The notes under the pieces were generated by a model. That model did not search any database. It worked only from the letters and a program-made list of their open reading frames with translations, and had not been told where the DNA came from. DNA of 64,000 nt from Eledone cirrhosa (lineage: Eukaryota), in assembly GCA_964016885.1 (NCBI GenBank), contig OZ024741.1:233306001-233370000 (forward strand), read 5' to 3'. The translations under genes and the position numbers were made by a program. Of this stretch, positions 39,790-53,200 are shown one piece after another. Position 1 is the stretch's first letter. Each line of letters begins with the position of its first letter.

Positions 39790-41160
39790 TTCATCCATTT
39801 ATTCGTTGGAGGGTCGTGGGGCAGCATCCTCAAACACTCCTTCCAGCAAGTCCTCTCAAAGGCAACCATATCCAATTGATCCAGCTGGATCCCCAAGCAA
39901 GACCAGCTGAACTCATGGATGTTATCCAACCATCTTACTTGGGGTCTACCCTTGGGTCTCCTGCCAGTTGATTTTGCTCATAAAATCTGTTCAGCAATAC
40001 TTTCCTGAGACATTCTAACCACATGTCCATAATATCAGAGCTACGATATCTCAATTCAGAGAAGTAGCAGCTCTACCTGGAGCTACTCTCTATTCTCCAA
40101 GCTAGGTATTCTATCGAGTAACATTACCCAAAAGATCCTTCGGAGGAAGCCCATTTTGGCCGCTTGTATTCGCAATTGTATCCTTTCGGTCATTACCCAA
40201 ATTCATAACCATAGATAAGGGTTGGCACAAATACCAAATTAAAGATAACAAGTTTGGCTTTTACACTTACCTCACTTCTGATGATTGAATGCTGAAGGTG
40301 GTGCATTACTACACCAGCTCCTGCAATTCTTGCACATAATTCAGCCTCTGGCTTTCCATCAGTCGTGAACATGGCCCCAAGATACTTGAAAGTCTCCACC
40401 TGCTTCAGCAGAACTCCACTGCACAGGCTTCCTTGAGAGGATTAGTGTCTCAGTCTTCTCGCCACTGACTTTCATTCCTGCCAGGCAGCACTTGACAGCA
40501 AACCTATCAAGTGCATGTCAGAGATCACCTTCAGATAAGTTAAGTAGTACCGTGTCATCTGCAAAATCCAACCGACTGATCCTACACACACCCGTTTCAA
40601 TACCACTTTCAACCTTGCTGCACATGTCATCCTGTTCATGAAGATTATGAACAAGAAAGGTGCCAGAACACACCTTTAGCTGATGCAGAAACTGCCAAGC
40701 TGAACAGTCTTAATTCCATGTCATCATCCTCAGGGAGTTCTCTGAATTTGGCTGCAATAATATCTGCAAATCTATTCCTAACCTTATCCTGTAGGTCAAG
40801 CTGGACCTGCAAATTTTGTGGGCTCTCTTGGGCTTATTAGATTGTATTCAGTTGACATCTTAGCCCCTCTCCTAACACAAACATCCAGCACAATATCTAA
40901 TCAAAGATATTAGAGACAGTAGCAAAATCAATTATTGATCTCTGACCCCAATTCCCCTTATACCCTGTGTATTTATGGATGTCTTTGTGCTGGAAGAAAC
41001 TGTTCATAATAGAGAGCCCATCACTTGTATTTAGATCGAGATCGCTTTTCCTTCCAATCCCTCCTTTTCATGTCAGGTAGTCAGTGCCAACATGTGCATT
41101 GATGTCTGCCATTAAGATATATGACTCAGTTTTAACTACATCATTCTCAGCAGAGCACAT
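39790..41160 (-). pseudogene. Decayed RTE-clade LINE, second family: RT and APE pieces
   Basis: ETFKYLG, VFVPTLIYGYE, LFIIFMNR, ILMADINAHVG; 3' end also present at 63575-63780. Confidence 0.8.
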
Positions 41161-41554
41161 CTGCCAGAGAACGGGTCACAGGTGACAGATAGCAATACAG
41201 CCACCAGATATGATGTTTAGTTGCAATATAAGCAGGCCCCTGCTAGATGAATAAGCAACCCTGGACAACAGTGTTAAAATACTAGGGGAGATGGAGCAAT
41301 GGGTGACACTATTAGCTCTGAAGAAACTCTCACAATCCAGGGATGTGGCTATGATGAAGTAAGTAAAGGATGCCTCTAAAAGAAGCCTACATTTCGTGGG
41401 TATGAGAAAAGTACCAAATTGGTGATTGATGAGACCACCAAAATATTGCAATATGGTTGGAAACAGTAAAGACAGCCATACTACATTGTCCTTTGCATGG
41501 GATAACAAGGACCTTAAGTAGAGGGACCTGTTAAAAAAATAACGCTGCAAGAAC

Positions 41555-41760
41555 TGGCACTGGGCCTGTGACCTGTCCTAGGAAAAGTGAGATGGAAGCA
41601 CAAAGGTTATGTATCCTATGACCCAAGAGAGGTCCGGAAGAGAGTAAATTTTGACAATTGGTAACTGGAATGTTAGGAACTAGTGGAGGAGGCTAGATAC
41701 TACTAGTTAGATATAGTTGGTGTTTCCTCAACAAAGTCTCGTGGTTCTGATACTATAAAT
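41555..41760 (+). pseudogene. RTE 5' UTR and APE N-terminus, opposite orientation to 39790-41160
   Basis: LTIGNWNVR...LDIVGVSSTKSRG. Confidence 0.6.
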
Positions 41761-42216
41761 GATAGCTTGAAAAATTATAAATTTTATAGCAATCGATTGT
41801 AGTTACAGTTATTTTCTTCTACGTACGAGATTTCCTACATTTCCCAAGAATAAAAAATAATATATATATGTGTGTGTGTGTGGAGGAGGCCAGATACTAT
41901 AAAATTTATAAGGTGCCTAGGTGGTGCAAGATTATACGCCAGAGAGCCCAAATACAGATCCTTCCTTGAGGAAGTCACTGCACACACCCCTCATCACATA
42001 TACACACATATATATATATGTGTGTGTGTATGTGTGTGTATTCCGGGTTCAATCGGGGGTAACCACAGTAAGTAATGTACTCAATACATAGTAGAATATA
42101 ATTATTTAATATAGAAATGGCTTCTACAGGACTAGAACTGTTTCGAGGGAAATCATCAGGTAAGCCTACATTAGATTAGATTTCCTGCATTTCCCAAGAA
42201 TAAAAAATATCGTCCA

Positions 42217-42282
<66 letters not shown>

Positions 42283-42470
42283 TGGACGATAGACGTTAAA
42301 CGATGATGATATATATTATTTTTTTTATTCTTGAGAAAATGTAGGAAATCTCGTACGTAGAAGAAAATAACTATAACTACAGTCGATTGCTATAACATTT
42401 ATAATATAAATAATAGCTTGGAAAATCAGGTAAAATATCCCTATAAACAGAGAAAAGTGGCAAACAGCTG

Positions 42471-42510
<40 letters not shown>

Positions 42511-44717
42511 CCTAATTTGCCGCAGTTCTGTCGCTCCACACTCTCCTTTTCTTTCTCTCAGAAAGTCATGCCATCTCTTTCAATGCAACGCCTTTATTCT
42601 TTCACTTTCTTTATTCGTATAATTCTTCTCATTCTCTCTTATTCAGCCTCTCCCTAAACATATAATTAAAAGTATAACTTCCTTCCACTTTCATACACAT
42701 AATCATTCTATCTCTATTTCTCGTTTTTTTTTTTTGTCTCTTTCACACCCCCTCATTGAAACTTTTATCTCTTATTTTCTCTTCCAGCCCCTCCCTTTAA
42801 ACTTTTATAGGTCACTCCTCCCACCAAATTCTCGTAATAAATTTCCCGTTTCTTTTTATTATATCTTCTCCCCTGGTCTCTGTCTCTCTTTCTTTCTCTC
42901 TCATACATACACTCTTTTCCTCTATAATCTCCTCCTTTAGCTTAAATTTGAACTCCTCTCACTACTCCTCTCTCAATTTTGCATTTTCCACACATTTCCG
43001 CCCCTCCTTCTTTCTCTTTAGGTCTCTCTCTTCTACTTTCCTTTTACCTCCTACCCTGCCTCACACTAAATTATTTACCCTTTTCTCCTTCTCTTCATCA
43101 CCTCCAACCTCGTTAGTCTCTCACACTATCTCCACACACATTAACACACAGTTTCACATACACATTAACACTCAGTTTCACACACATACTGTCGCTCAGT
43201 CATACACACATTCGTACATTGTCCAGTGCCATCTAGCGGCAAAAATTGACGTTATATTCATCAGTTCTCTCTTAGCCATCTTCAACAGGTGTAAGTATCT
43301 CGTTTATTCTTATTGTTATTGTTATTCTAGCCCTACCAGAGCAGGCATAACATCAAAATCGCCCCATCCGTGACCATCTCTCTTTTGTTTTCGAATATAG
43401 TTTATTTAGGATTACATTATCTAATGTCAGTTGTAATTTTTTTAAGGCGGTATAGGGTGTAATTGAAGATTTGGCTGCTATATTTAGCAGGCCAAGTGAC
43501 CACGTAGAGACTCATTATTACTGTTGTTGTTGTCTCTTGCTGTTATTGTTGTGAAATACCAAAATCAGAACATCTCTATAAGTAGTTGACAGGGAATAGG
43601 TTTCTCTCTCTCTCTCTTCCCATCTATGTGTCTGTATTGATAGTTTTGTTTTTTAACGTAAGGCATTCCATCCGTGTCGATCCCGTCTTTTTATAGACTC
43701 GCTACATTGCCCAATGAGTCTTTTCTTTGGGACGGCTGGGTGTAATATAAGATAGGTTTTGGCTGCTATTTCTAGCACATCAAGCGACTTCACAAAGGTT
43801 TCCATGTTTATAATTTTATTCACATCTACTATGGTTTATATGAATAGTGAGCGACATACCCCGCATGGATGATAGGTATGTTGATGTTGGCGTTGTTTCT
43901 GCTCAGAATGTAACGAGCCGTAACTAAATGCCAATCAACGAAGAGAAAAGGTTACCGCTTTGGACTTTTCTCTTAAAACAACACCTAACTGACACGCTAA
44001 GCTGTCACCCTATTTGCGCGCGCGTGGACGTCAACACACCTATCATCCATGCTCGGTATATCGTTCCATATTCCTATAAACCATTCTAGATGTGAATAAA
44101 ATGACAGTTAAACAAGGGACCTTTTGTGTGGTCATTTGATCTGCTAGAAATAGCAGCCAAAATCTATCTTATATTATACGCAGCTGTATTGTAAAAGAAA
44201 AGACTCGTCTCTATAAAATGATGGCATTGACATGGAGGAAAAAGAAAAAAAAATCAATCCATGTATGTGTGTGTGTGTGTACGTGTATATTAAAAGTTTA
44301 AAAGTTAGTCTGTCGCGAGCACGGAGGCTCACCAGGCCGGTACTTTTCTCGGTTTCCGTGGAGTGAAGCGACTGAGAGTACAAGACCCCCCCCCCCCCCC
44401 TACGGACATGACGCCAGTTAAGCGCATGGTTAAACTCCCATCTATTGTTGGTTCACATTTTCAGCTGAATATACTGGAGCAACATGAACCCACAACTTGA
44501 CTTTGCCTTTCATCCTTACGGGGTCGATAAAATAAAGTACCAGTAATGCACTGGGTAATTGCTGGCCTTGTGCCTAAAGTAGAAACAATTATGATCGTAA
44601 GTCCAACACTCTTACCTCTAGGTCACGCTAAGGGTAAAGACCCATCGATCATGAATGACAACCTAGAGGTACAAGTCTTGGCAAGGTTTGAGGAAGACCA
44701 ACAGTCGCCCATGCCAC

Positions 44718-44912
44718 CAATACTTGTTTCTACTTTAGGCACAAGGCCAGCAATTAACCAGTGCATTACTGGTACTTTATTTTATCGACCCCGTAAGGAT
44801 GAAAGGCAAAGTCAACCTCGGCGGGATTTGAACTCAGATCGTAAAGGGACGTAACTATGCTTGAAAGCATGGCGTCCGACCCTCTACCGGTACTGCCAAT
44901 CCACCGCCCATG
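44718..44912 (-). mobile_element. Nin-like SINE; a partial + copy lies at 44498-44590
   Basis: Family core and tRNA-like head present. Confidence 0.85.
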
Positions 44913-45191
44913 CCACCAATACTGCCCAAGGGAAAGGCAAAGGTCGATACAGCTTGACACCAATGACGTCACAACTAATTTCTGTTACTGAGTAACGTGA
45001 AATAAAGTGTTTTGCCCAAGGACATAACGCATCACCCAGGAATCCAACTCACAACCTTACGATTGCAAGCCCAACACCCTAACCACTAGACCATGCTTAT
45101 GTGTACCTGTCTGTCTGAATGTGTATATATACATATATATATATGTATGTGTGTATGTATATGTGTATATATATATATGTGTCTATATATA

Positions 45192-45268
45192 TAGGGTGGG
45201 GCATAAAGGTCTCCCACATTTTAAAGGGATATAAAAAAGAACGTGGGATATCTTTATGCCCCACCCTG
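45192..45268. mobile_element. 77-bp Tc1/mariner-type MITE
   Basis: TIRs (t)agggtggggcataaag..tcccac / gtggga..ctttatgccccaccctg; TA on both sides. Confidence 0.8.
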
Positions 45269-45401
45269 TACATAATTGAACGTAATCAATAATATCCTAA
45301 ATGTGAAACAACGTTTTGTTCTTTATATATATATATACATATATATGCATATGTATATATATATAGGTGTAAATATATATGTATATATAGGTGTAAATAT
45401 A

Positions 45402-45445
<44 letters not shown>

Positions 45446-45492
45446 ACCATCAACACCATAAACACAGAGCTGACATATCTAAGAACTGACTA

Positions 45493-45548
45493 ACTGCCTG
45501 ATGAGGTCATAGCCATTCAATGGCTATCATCGAAATATATATACCAGT
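45493..45548 (+). ncRNA. Minimal hammerhead motif
   Basis: actgc-CTGATGA-ggtc-atagccat-tca-atggctat-catc-GAA-ATATATAT-A-ccagt. Confidence 0.78.
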
Positions 45549-45589
45549 AAATAAAGGATTATGAGTTCATGCAATTGACTTAAGTTTCG

Positions 45590-45638
<49 letters not shown>

Positions 45639-45791
45639 ACGTATGTATAATATATGTATAAGCAAAGAGATATTTAATTTGTTGGTTATTCAACAAATTT
45701 ATTTATAACAGTTTCGAAGCACTCTACAATTTTCTGGAGTATAATATCAATGATATTAATAAATGGAAACTACGTTTATAAAACCATATTT

Positions 45792-45850
45792 ATTTTATTA
45801 TATATATTCCAAGGGTACTAAAATTTTGGTACACCCTCATCAGATAAAAT
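45792..45850 (-). ncRNA. Hammerhead motif (family B), GAAA mutated
   Basis: attttat-CTGATGA-gggtgtaccaaaattttagtaccctt-GGAA-TATATAT-A-ataaaat. Confidence 0.65.
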
Positions 45851-45967
45851 ACAAAATTTGTTTTATAAATGGTGACATACCAAAGAAACCAGACCTTATC
45901 GATAAGGTCTGGTTTATAAAATAAATATGATTTTATAAATATAGTTTCCATTTATTAATATCAGTGA

Positions 45968-46588
45968 TATATGTATGTATATATATATGTATATATTTAT
46001 GTATATATATATGTATATATTTATGTATATATATTTATATATGTATGTATACGTACATGTGCCGTACTAAGAGTGAGAAATGAAATTTCGTTTTCATTTT
46101 ATTTCAACTTATTTATATATGTATATATATATATTTATATATGTATATATATATATTTATATATGTATATATATTTATATATGTATGTATATATATTTAT
46201 ATATGTATATATATATATTTATATATGTATATATATATATTTATATATGTATATATATATATTTATATATGTATATATATATATTTATATATGTATATAT
46301 ATATATTTATATATGTATATATATATATATTTATATATGTATATATATATATTTATATATGTATATATATATATTTATATATATATATATATTTATATAT
46401 GTATATATATATATTTATATATGTATATATATATATTTATATATGTATATATATATATTTATATATGTATATATATATATTTATATATGTATATATATAT
46501 TTATACATATATATATATTATATATGTATATATATATTTATATATATGTATATATATATATGTATGTATATATATATATATATATATA
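45968..46588. repeat. Compound (TA)n-derived array, ~22-24-bp unit tttatatatgtatatatatata
   Basis: Seen directly. Confidence 0.88.
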
Positions 46589-46814
46589 GGAACAAGTAAG
46601 ACCCCGACGGCTGGGCTCAAGCCGTTTCGACGGCTAATTCTGTACTAATAGTACAGAATTAGCCGTCGAAACGGCTTGAGCTCAGCCGTCGGGGTCTTAC
46701 TTGTTCCTATTACCCACTCTACTACCCTAAGTATTGAGTACTTTGGTGCGTTATGGTCCACCTGGTTCCTTACCACATTTCCTTCGTTATATATATATAT
46801 ATATATCTATATAT

Positions 46815-47950
<1,136 letters not shown>

Positions 47951-48362
47951 ATGAAATATATATATATATAATGTAGGAGGTGAGTTATATATATAATGTA
48001 GGAGGTGAGTTTTATTGTAGTACAATAAAGCAATGCAGATATCGGATAAGTAGCACTCTACAGTTTGTAGGACTGGAGTATAAATAATATAAGATCAAAA
48101 GATGGAACTATTTTAACCATCTTATATACAATATATTAATTAACAAATGGAAACTATATTTATAAAACCATATTTATTTCATTATACATATTTCATCAAA
48201 TATAATATAGATCAGTTTTATAAATAAATATTGACATACCCTTAAAGAATGCGACCATTTCTTTAAGGGTATGTCAATGTTTATGGTGTTGATGGTATTA
48301 AAGAATGCGACCATTTCTTTAAGGGTATGTCAATATTTATTTATAAAACTGATCTATATTAT

Positions 48363-48433
48363 ATTTTATCTGATGATCTGATGAAAGAACACCATAATTT
48401 AACTTGGTGTCCTTGAAATATGTATAATGAAAT
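48363..48433 (+). ncRNA. Hammerhead motif (family B) with duplicated core
   Basis: attttat-CTGATGA-t-CTGATGA-aagaacacca-loop-tggtgtcctt-GAA-ATATGTAT-A-atgaaat. Confidence 0.72.
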
Positions 48434-48991
48434 AAATATAGTTTCCATTTGTTAATATATCGTATTTTTACTCCAATAATTTGTTGAGTGCTTTATATCA
48501 GTTATAAAAATATTTGCTTGTTGTATCCCAACAATTTAAATAGAACTTCTACATTTATATATATATATATATATATTTATAGTTAATAAACAAAACAAAC
48601 AAAATACAGGAGGCAAACCTGGATTATTACCCGCTACGGCTTACTAAGGATTTACCAGCCTTTGGATCGCTGGATACATTTACATATATATATTTGTGTG
48701 TATATATAGGTATCACTCTACATGGCTGAATACAAGGATTGTAAATCTGAGTTTTTAGAATATTAATGATAATATTTGATTTGTTTGCAATTATGCAAAC
48801 AGCTTCTTAAGCCATGTGAGTAGAACAACCACATCATTCTTGCTCGTGTGTTGGCAGAACGACAGACACTAATGTGTCTGGGTGATTAACTTTCATCAGT
48901 ACCATACACTGTATATATGTATGTATGTATATATATATATATATATAATATTATTATCAATGTAGTTTTTTATATTGATATTGCCTGGGCA

Positions 48992-49117
48992 TCCACTGAT
49001 GAGTTGTTATAAGGGCCAACTTGTGTGTATATCTATGGATTATATACAAGCTTCTACATAACTTGGACATTATTTTTCCCACCTTGTAGAAATCTTATAA
49101 CGAAACGATCGTATGGA
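48992..49117 (+). ncRNA. Hammerhead motif with ~100-nt branched stem II
   Basis: tcca-CTGATGA-gtt-gttataag-[two internal hairpins]-cttataac-GAA-ACGATCGT-A-tgga. Confidence 0.8.
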
Positions 49118-49772
49118 AAGAAAGAGAGATTTATTTAATTATGTCTCATATAAAATAATACAACCAACTATCCACGGAATACTATATAGTTAGCACCCCA
49201 AACACATAATTGGAATTATACTCAGGTATATCCTAATGTTTGTTGAGTGAGATGGAGTTGGTCAGAGTATCGCTAAAAGCTTTCTCTGTTAATGTATAAG
49301 GAAAAAAGTGAAAGTATAAGGAAAAAAGTATAAGTGAAAGTATAAGGAAAAAAGATGAAATCGAAAATGCAACTGGAGTCTTTTTTTTTTAAATATATTT
49401 ATTTGGTTTCTTTACCGGTTTTGCAGTTCTTGTGCTTTTCAAAAGTAGAATTGAGATGGAGGGTTTGTGGTTTTTCTCACAGATGTGAGAAAAACCACAA
49501 TGTGAGAAAAACCAGATGTGAGAAAAACCACATACCCTCCATCTCAATTCTACTTTTGAAAAGCACAAGAACTGCGAAACCGGTAAAGGAACGAAATAAA
49601 TATATTTAAAAAAAAAAAAAGACTCCAGTTGCATTTTCGATTTCATCTTTTTTCCTTATATATATGTATATATACATATATATATGTAAAAGGTAAACAG
49701 AAATAACAACACAATCGGTACAGTATATGGAAGGTATATATTAGGTTAACACTTGATATAGCAGGAAGAGGG

Positions 49773-49808
49773 GCTTAACGTTTCGGACGCTAGACCTTCA
49801 TCAGAAGA
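49773..49808 (-). ncRNA. Minimal hammerhead motif (family A)
   Basis: tctt-CTGATGA-a-ggtc-tagc-gtcc-GAA-ACGT-T-aagc. Confidence 0.8.
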
Positions 49809-49869
49809 AAGAATGAGAAATAAAATAGATTGAGCGGACGGGCGGGTTGGAATTGGAAAAAATGTCTTT

Positions 49870-49919
<50 letters not shown>

Positions 49920-49924
<5 letters not shown>

Positions 49925-50170
49925 AAGACCCCCTTTGATCATGAATGACCATGGGATTTGCACCTAGAAAGTTCCCCCTCTGAGGCACAAGTCCAAGCAA
50001 TCACCCATGCATACCAGCCTCCCCTTGATACAAGTGACATTGCAACTCATTTCTACAACTTGAGTGAACTTGAGCAGCATGAAATAAAGTGTCTTGCTCA
50101 AGGGCACAATACATCCAGGATCGAACTCACAATTTACCCATTGAATGCCCAATGCTTTAACCATTAAACT
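49920..50170 (-). mobile_element. tRNA-headed SINE with a different 3' tail
   Basis: Minus-strand head gagttcgatcc; central cccttgagcaagacactttatttca shared with the 3872 family; tail ends gggggtctttaccc then (TA)n. Confidence 0.7.
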
Positions 50171-50233
50171 GTATATATATATGTAGGTATGTATATATAC
50201 ATATATATATGTATATTATATATGTATAATATA

Positions 50234-50578
50234 GGAGGCACATGGCTTAGTGGTTATAGCATTGGCCTTGCAATCGAAAGGTTGTGAGTTCAATTCTCAG
50301 ACCGGGTGATGTGTTGTTTCCTCGAGCAAGACACTTTATTTCACATTGCTCCAGTTTACTCAGCTGTAGAAATGAGATGATAGGGACTGGGGTCCATATC
50401 ATTCCACTGCAAAGTGGTGGTGCCACGGCAAAAAAAGCACCCAGCACTCACTGTAAATGAGGTTGGTGTTAGGAAGGGCATCCAGCTGTAGAAATCAAGC
50501 CAGAATCAGTTCCCGTCCCACCCTTGCAAGCAGGGAAAGTGGACGTAAAATGAAATGAAATGGTGAATGATGATGATA
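50234..50578 (+). mobile_element. tRNA-headed RTE-tailed SINE
   Basis: Matches 3872-4220. Confidence 0.88.
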
Positions 50579-51370
50579 TATAAGAATATATACATATATA
50601 TATATATTTAGTATATATATATATTATATATTATAGTATATATATATATATGTATACGATATATTAACAAATGGAAACTATATTTATAAAACCATATATA
50701 TATATATATAAACTCTAAAATATATTTGAAAATCTATTCCAATTACTGTTGTAAATAAAGTTTAGGGTCGAATAATTTGTTGGCTTTTGAAAAATATATT
50801 TCAGAAATTTATGCACTGATGTCTGGCTACTCCTTTAAGTTATGTCAACAACCTACATAATTACGAATGAATTTTATATTCATACATTTTATATATATAT
50901 CATCACTGTTTAACATCCATTTTCCACTCTAACATGGGTTATATATGCATATATAACTTTAATAACATTGATAGGTTTCGGCCAGTATTGGCCCAGGACA
51001 TGTCTAACTTAATAGCACCACTTGGCAAATATGCGTATATATATATATATATACATTATATATGTATGTATAAACTTATATATATGTGTATACATGTATA
51101 TAATGCACAGTTCATCATCTCATTTCACCTCCAAAACTACTTAGTTGTATCTGCTTGTTTTACACGGGAAACAAAATAGCTAAGATCTATCTGTCCTATT
51201 TTAATGTTTATTTCTCAGTCAATTTCATAAACTTCCGTAAATGTTTCTCTCGGCTTTGCCTTTAAATGTTCTCGCTCTATTACCTTTTGTGATCTCATTC
51301 AATTGAACCTTCTTTCTTTCCCTTGGACTTAGATGGCATGGCTCCCCCCATCCCTCTCTCTTAGAATCAC

Positions 51371-51409
<39 letters not shown>

Positions 51410-52114
51410 TCATTTTACCTCTCCAAAACTATTTGGTCAGTTTTATTTGGTTGTTTTACATCTATCTATCCTATTTTATTTATTTGTCAGTCAATTTCAT
51501 AGACTTCCATAAATATTTCTCCCTCCTTTACCTTTAAGCAACATGCTCCATTGTCATTGCATACCACCCACCCACTCCCTTTCCACCACCTTCTGTCTGT
51601 TGTTTTTCACACATGCCCTTTCACATGACTAATGCTGATTCAAACTACACTTAGAAAGGCCAATGAGGGAACCTTAAAATGTCTGAGTTGTTGCCCATGA
51701 CTGCCCAGTGTAGACATGAGTCTAGAACAGTCACTATTAGTAAAATAAGATGTTGAGCTTTGTAAGCCATTGAGAAGGCAAACCATCTAAGAGGGTAGAG
51801 ACCTTGATTAAAAACGGCTGCATAGGGCAGGCATGGACCCTGTAGCCATAATGAAAGCAGTGACTCCAATTAAAAGCAACTGCACAGAGCTGACATAGAT
51901 TCACTAAGTGATTGTGAAGGCAACCCATCTCGAAAGGCAACGACTCAAATTAAAAAGGACTACATGGGGCAGATGAGGACTCCATAAACCGTAATGAATT
52001 CAACCCATCTAGGAGAGTAGACACTCTGATTAAAAACTGATATATGTTGGAGAGGACTTTCTAATCCAATAAGACAACCTCTTTAATCTGGTAGCAGGAA
52101 TAATGCACAGTCCA

Positions 52115-53200
52115 TGTTGTAAAGTGGTTGGTGATAGGAAGGACATCTAACCAGAAAGACCCTGTCAACATTATGGAAAGCACAGAACATAAGATTTACA
52201 CTAATTGCATATACAGGACTAACACTAGTCATATTAATGCTGTGCACGGTAGTGCGGTGGCAAGAGTAGCCTTGTGCAAGAACCCCTCAACTGACATCAG
52301 GCAGTCGCACACCTTTTTTTCCTTCCAGGTTCAAAGAACTGCTACAGAAGGATCTAACCACTGCCAAGTCCACATCTCTGGGCTTCCTCTCTCAATGTTG
52401 GAATGCTGAAAAGTAAATTAGGTGAAATTGTGGAGTTGTTAGAGAGGAGGCAAGTAGATGTATGCTGTGTACAAGATGTGAGATGGAGGGGTGCCTCAAC
52501 GAGACTACTCACAAGCAAACAACATAGATACAAATTTTTCTGGGTAGAAAATAACAATGGAGTAGGTGGTATAGGCATTCTCATAACTGAGAGATGGATA
52601 GATAAGGTGACAATTACCTAAGCACCACAAACAAGACTTGGTAAAGAACAAAAGTACTGTTTCTATGAGGAACTTTTACAGGCAACCTCAGTTACTGATA
52701 AAGGAGACTTCATCATCTTGGCAGGCAACTTCAGTGGACATGTTTGACAGTACCAGGATGGATTCACTGGAGTTCACTCAAGAAATGATGAGGGAGTGAG
52801 GTTCTTGGAATCCTTTTATGCAATTAAACTAACCATTTGCAACACTTATTTCAGGAAATCAGCTAGTCATCTGATCACATACCAATCAAGCAAACACATT
52901 AGTCAGATTGATTTATTACTTGTAAAACTAGATGGACGGTAATGCTAAGCCCTTCCTCAGAGAAGAATGTGCCACCCAACAAAAGTTAATTGTTAGTGAC
53001 ATCAGAATAAACTCATGATGGAACAAGATTTGCAGGTGGGTCTGAAAGCTAAAGGACCTTTCTTTTTAAATATAGGTTTAGAAAGGCCCTACAAGATGCC
53101 TATGACATAGAGGACAATTGGAAATTCTTACATGACAATTTATTGCAAACTACTGATGAGACTTGTGGCTGGTGCTATGCTCCAACCAGACAGAAGGTGT
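52115..53200 (+). pseudogene. RTE LINE 5' region: UTR and APE endonuclease, decayed
   Basis: SLNVGML...VDVCCVQDVRWRG, GVGGIGIL, IILAGNFSGHV, SQIDLLL; inverted downstream piece 53200-53385 homologous to ~690-860. Confidence 0.88.

Noticed and set aside
42125-42165. Minus-strand CTGATGA-tttccctc-GAAAC
   Set aside because: No stem II or convincing stem I; at most a relic.
49355-49646. Mirror-image ORFs on both strands
   Set aside because: Consequence of the fold-back palindrome, not genes.
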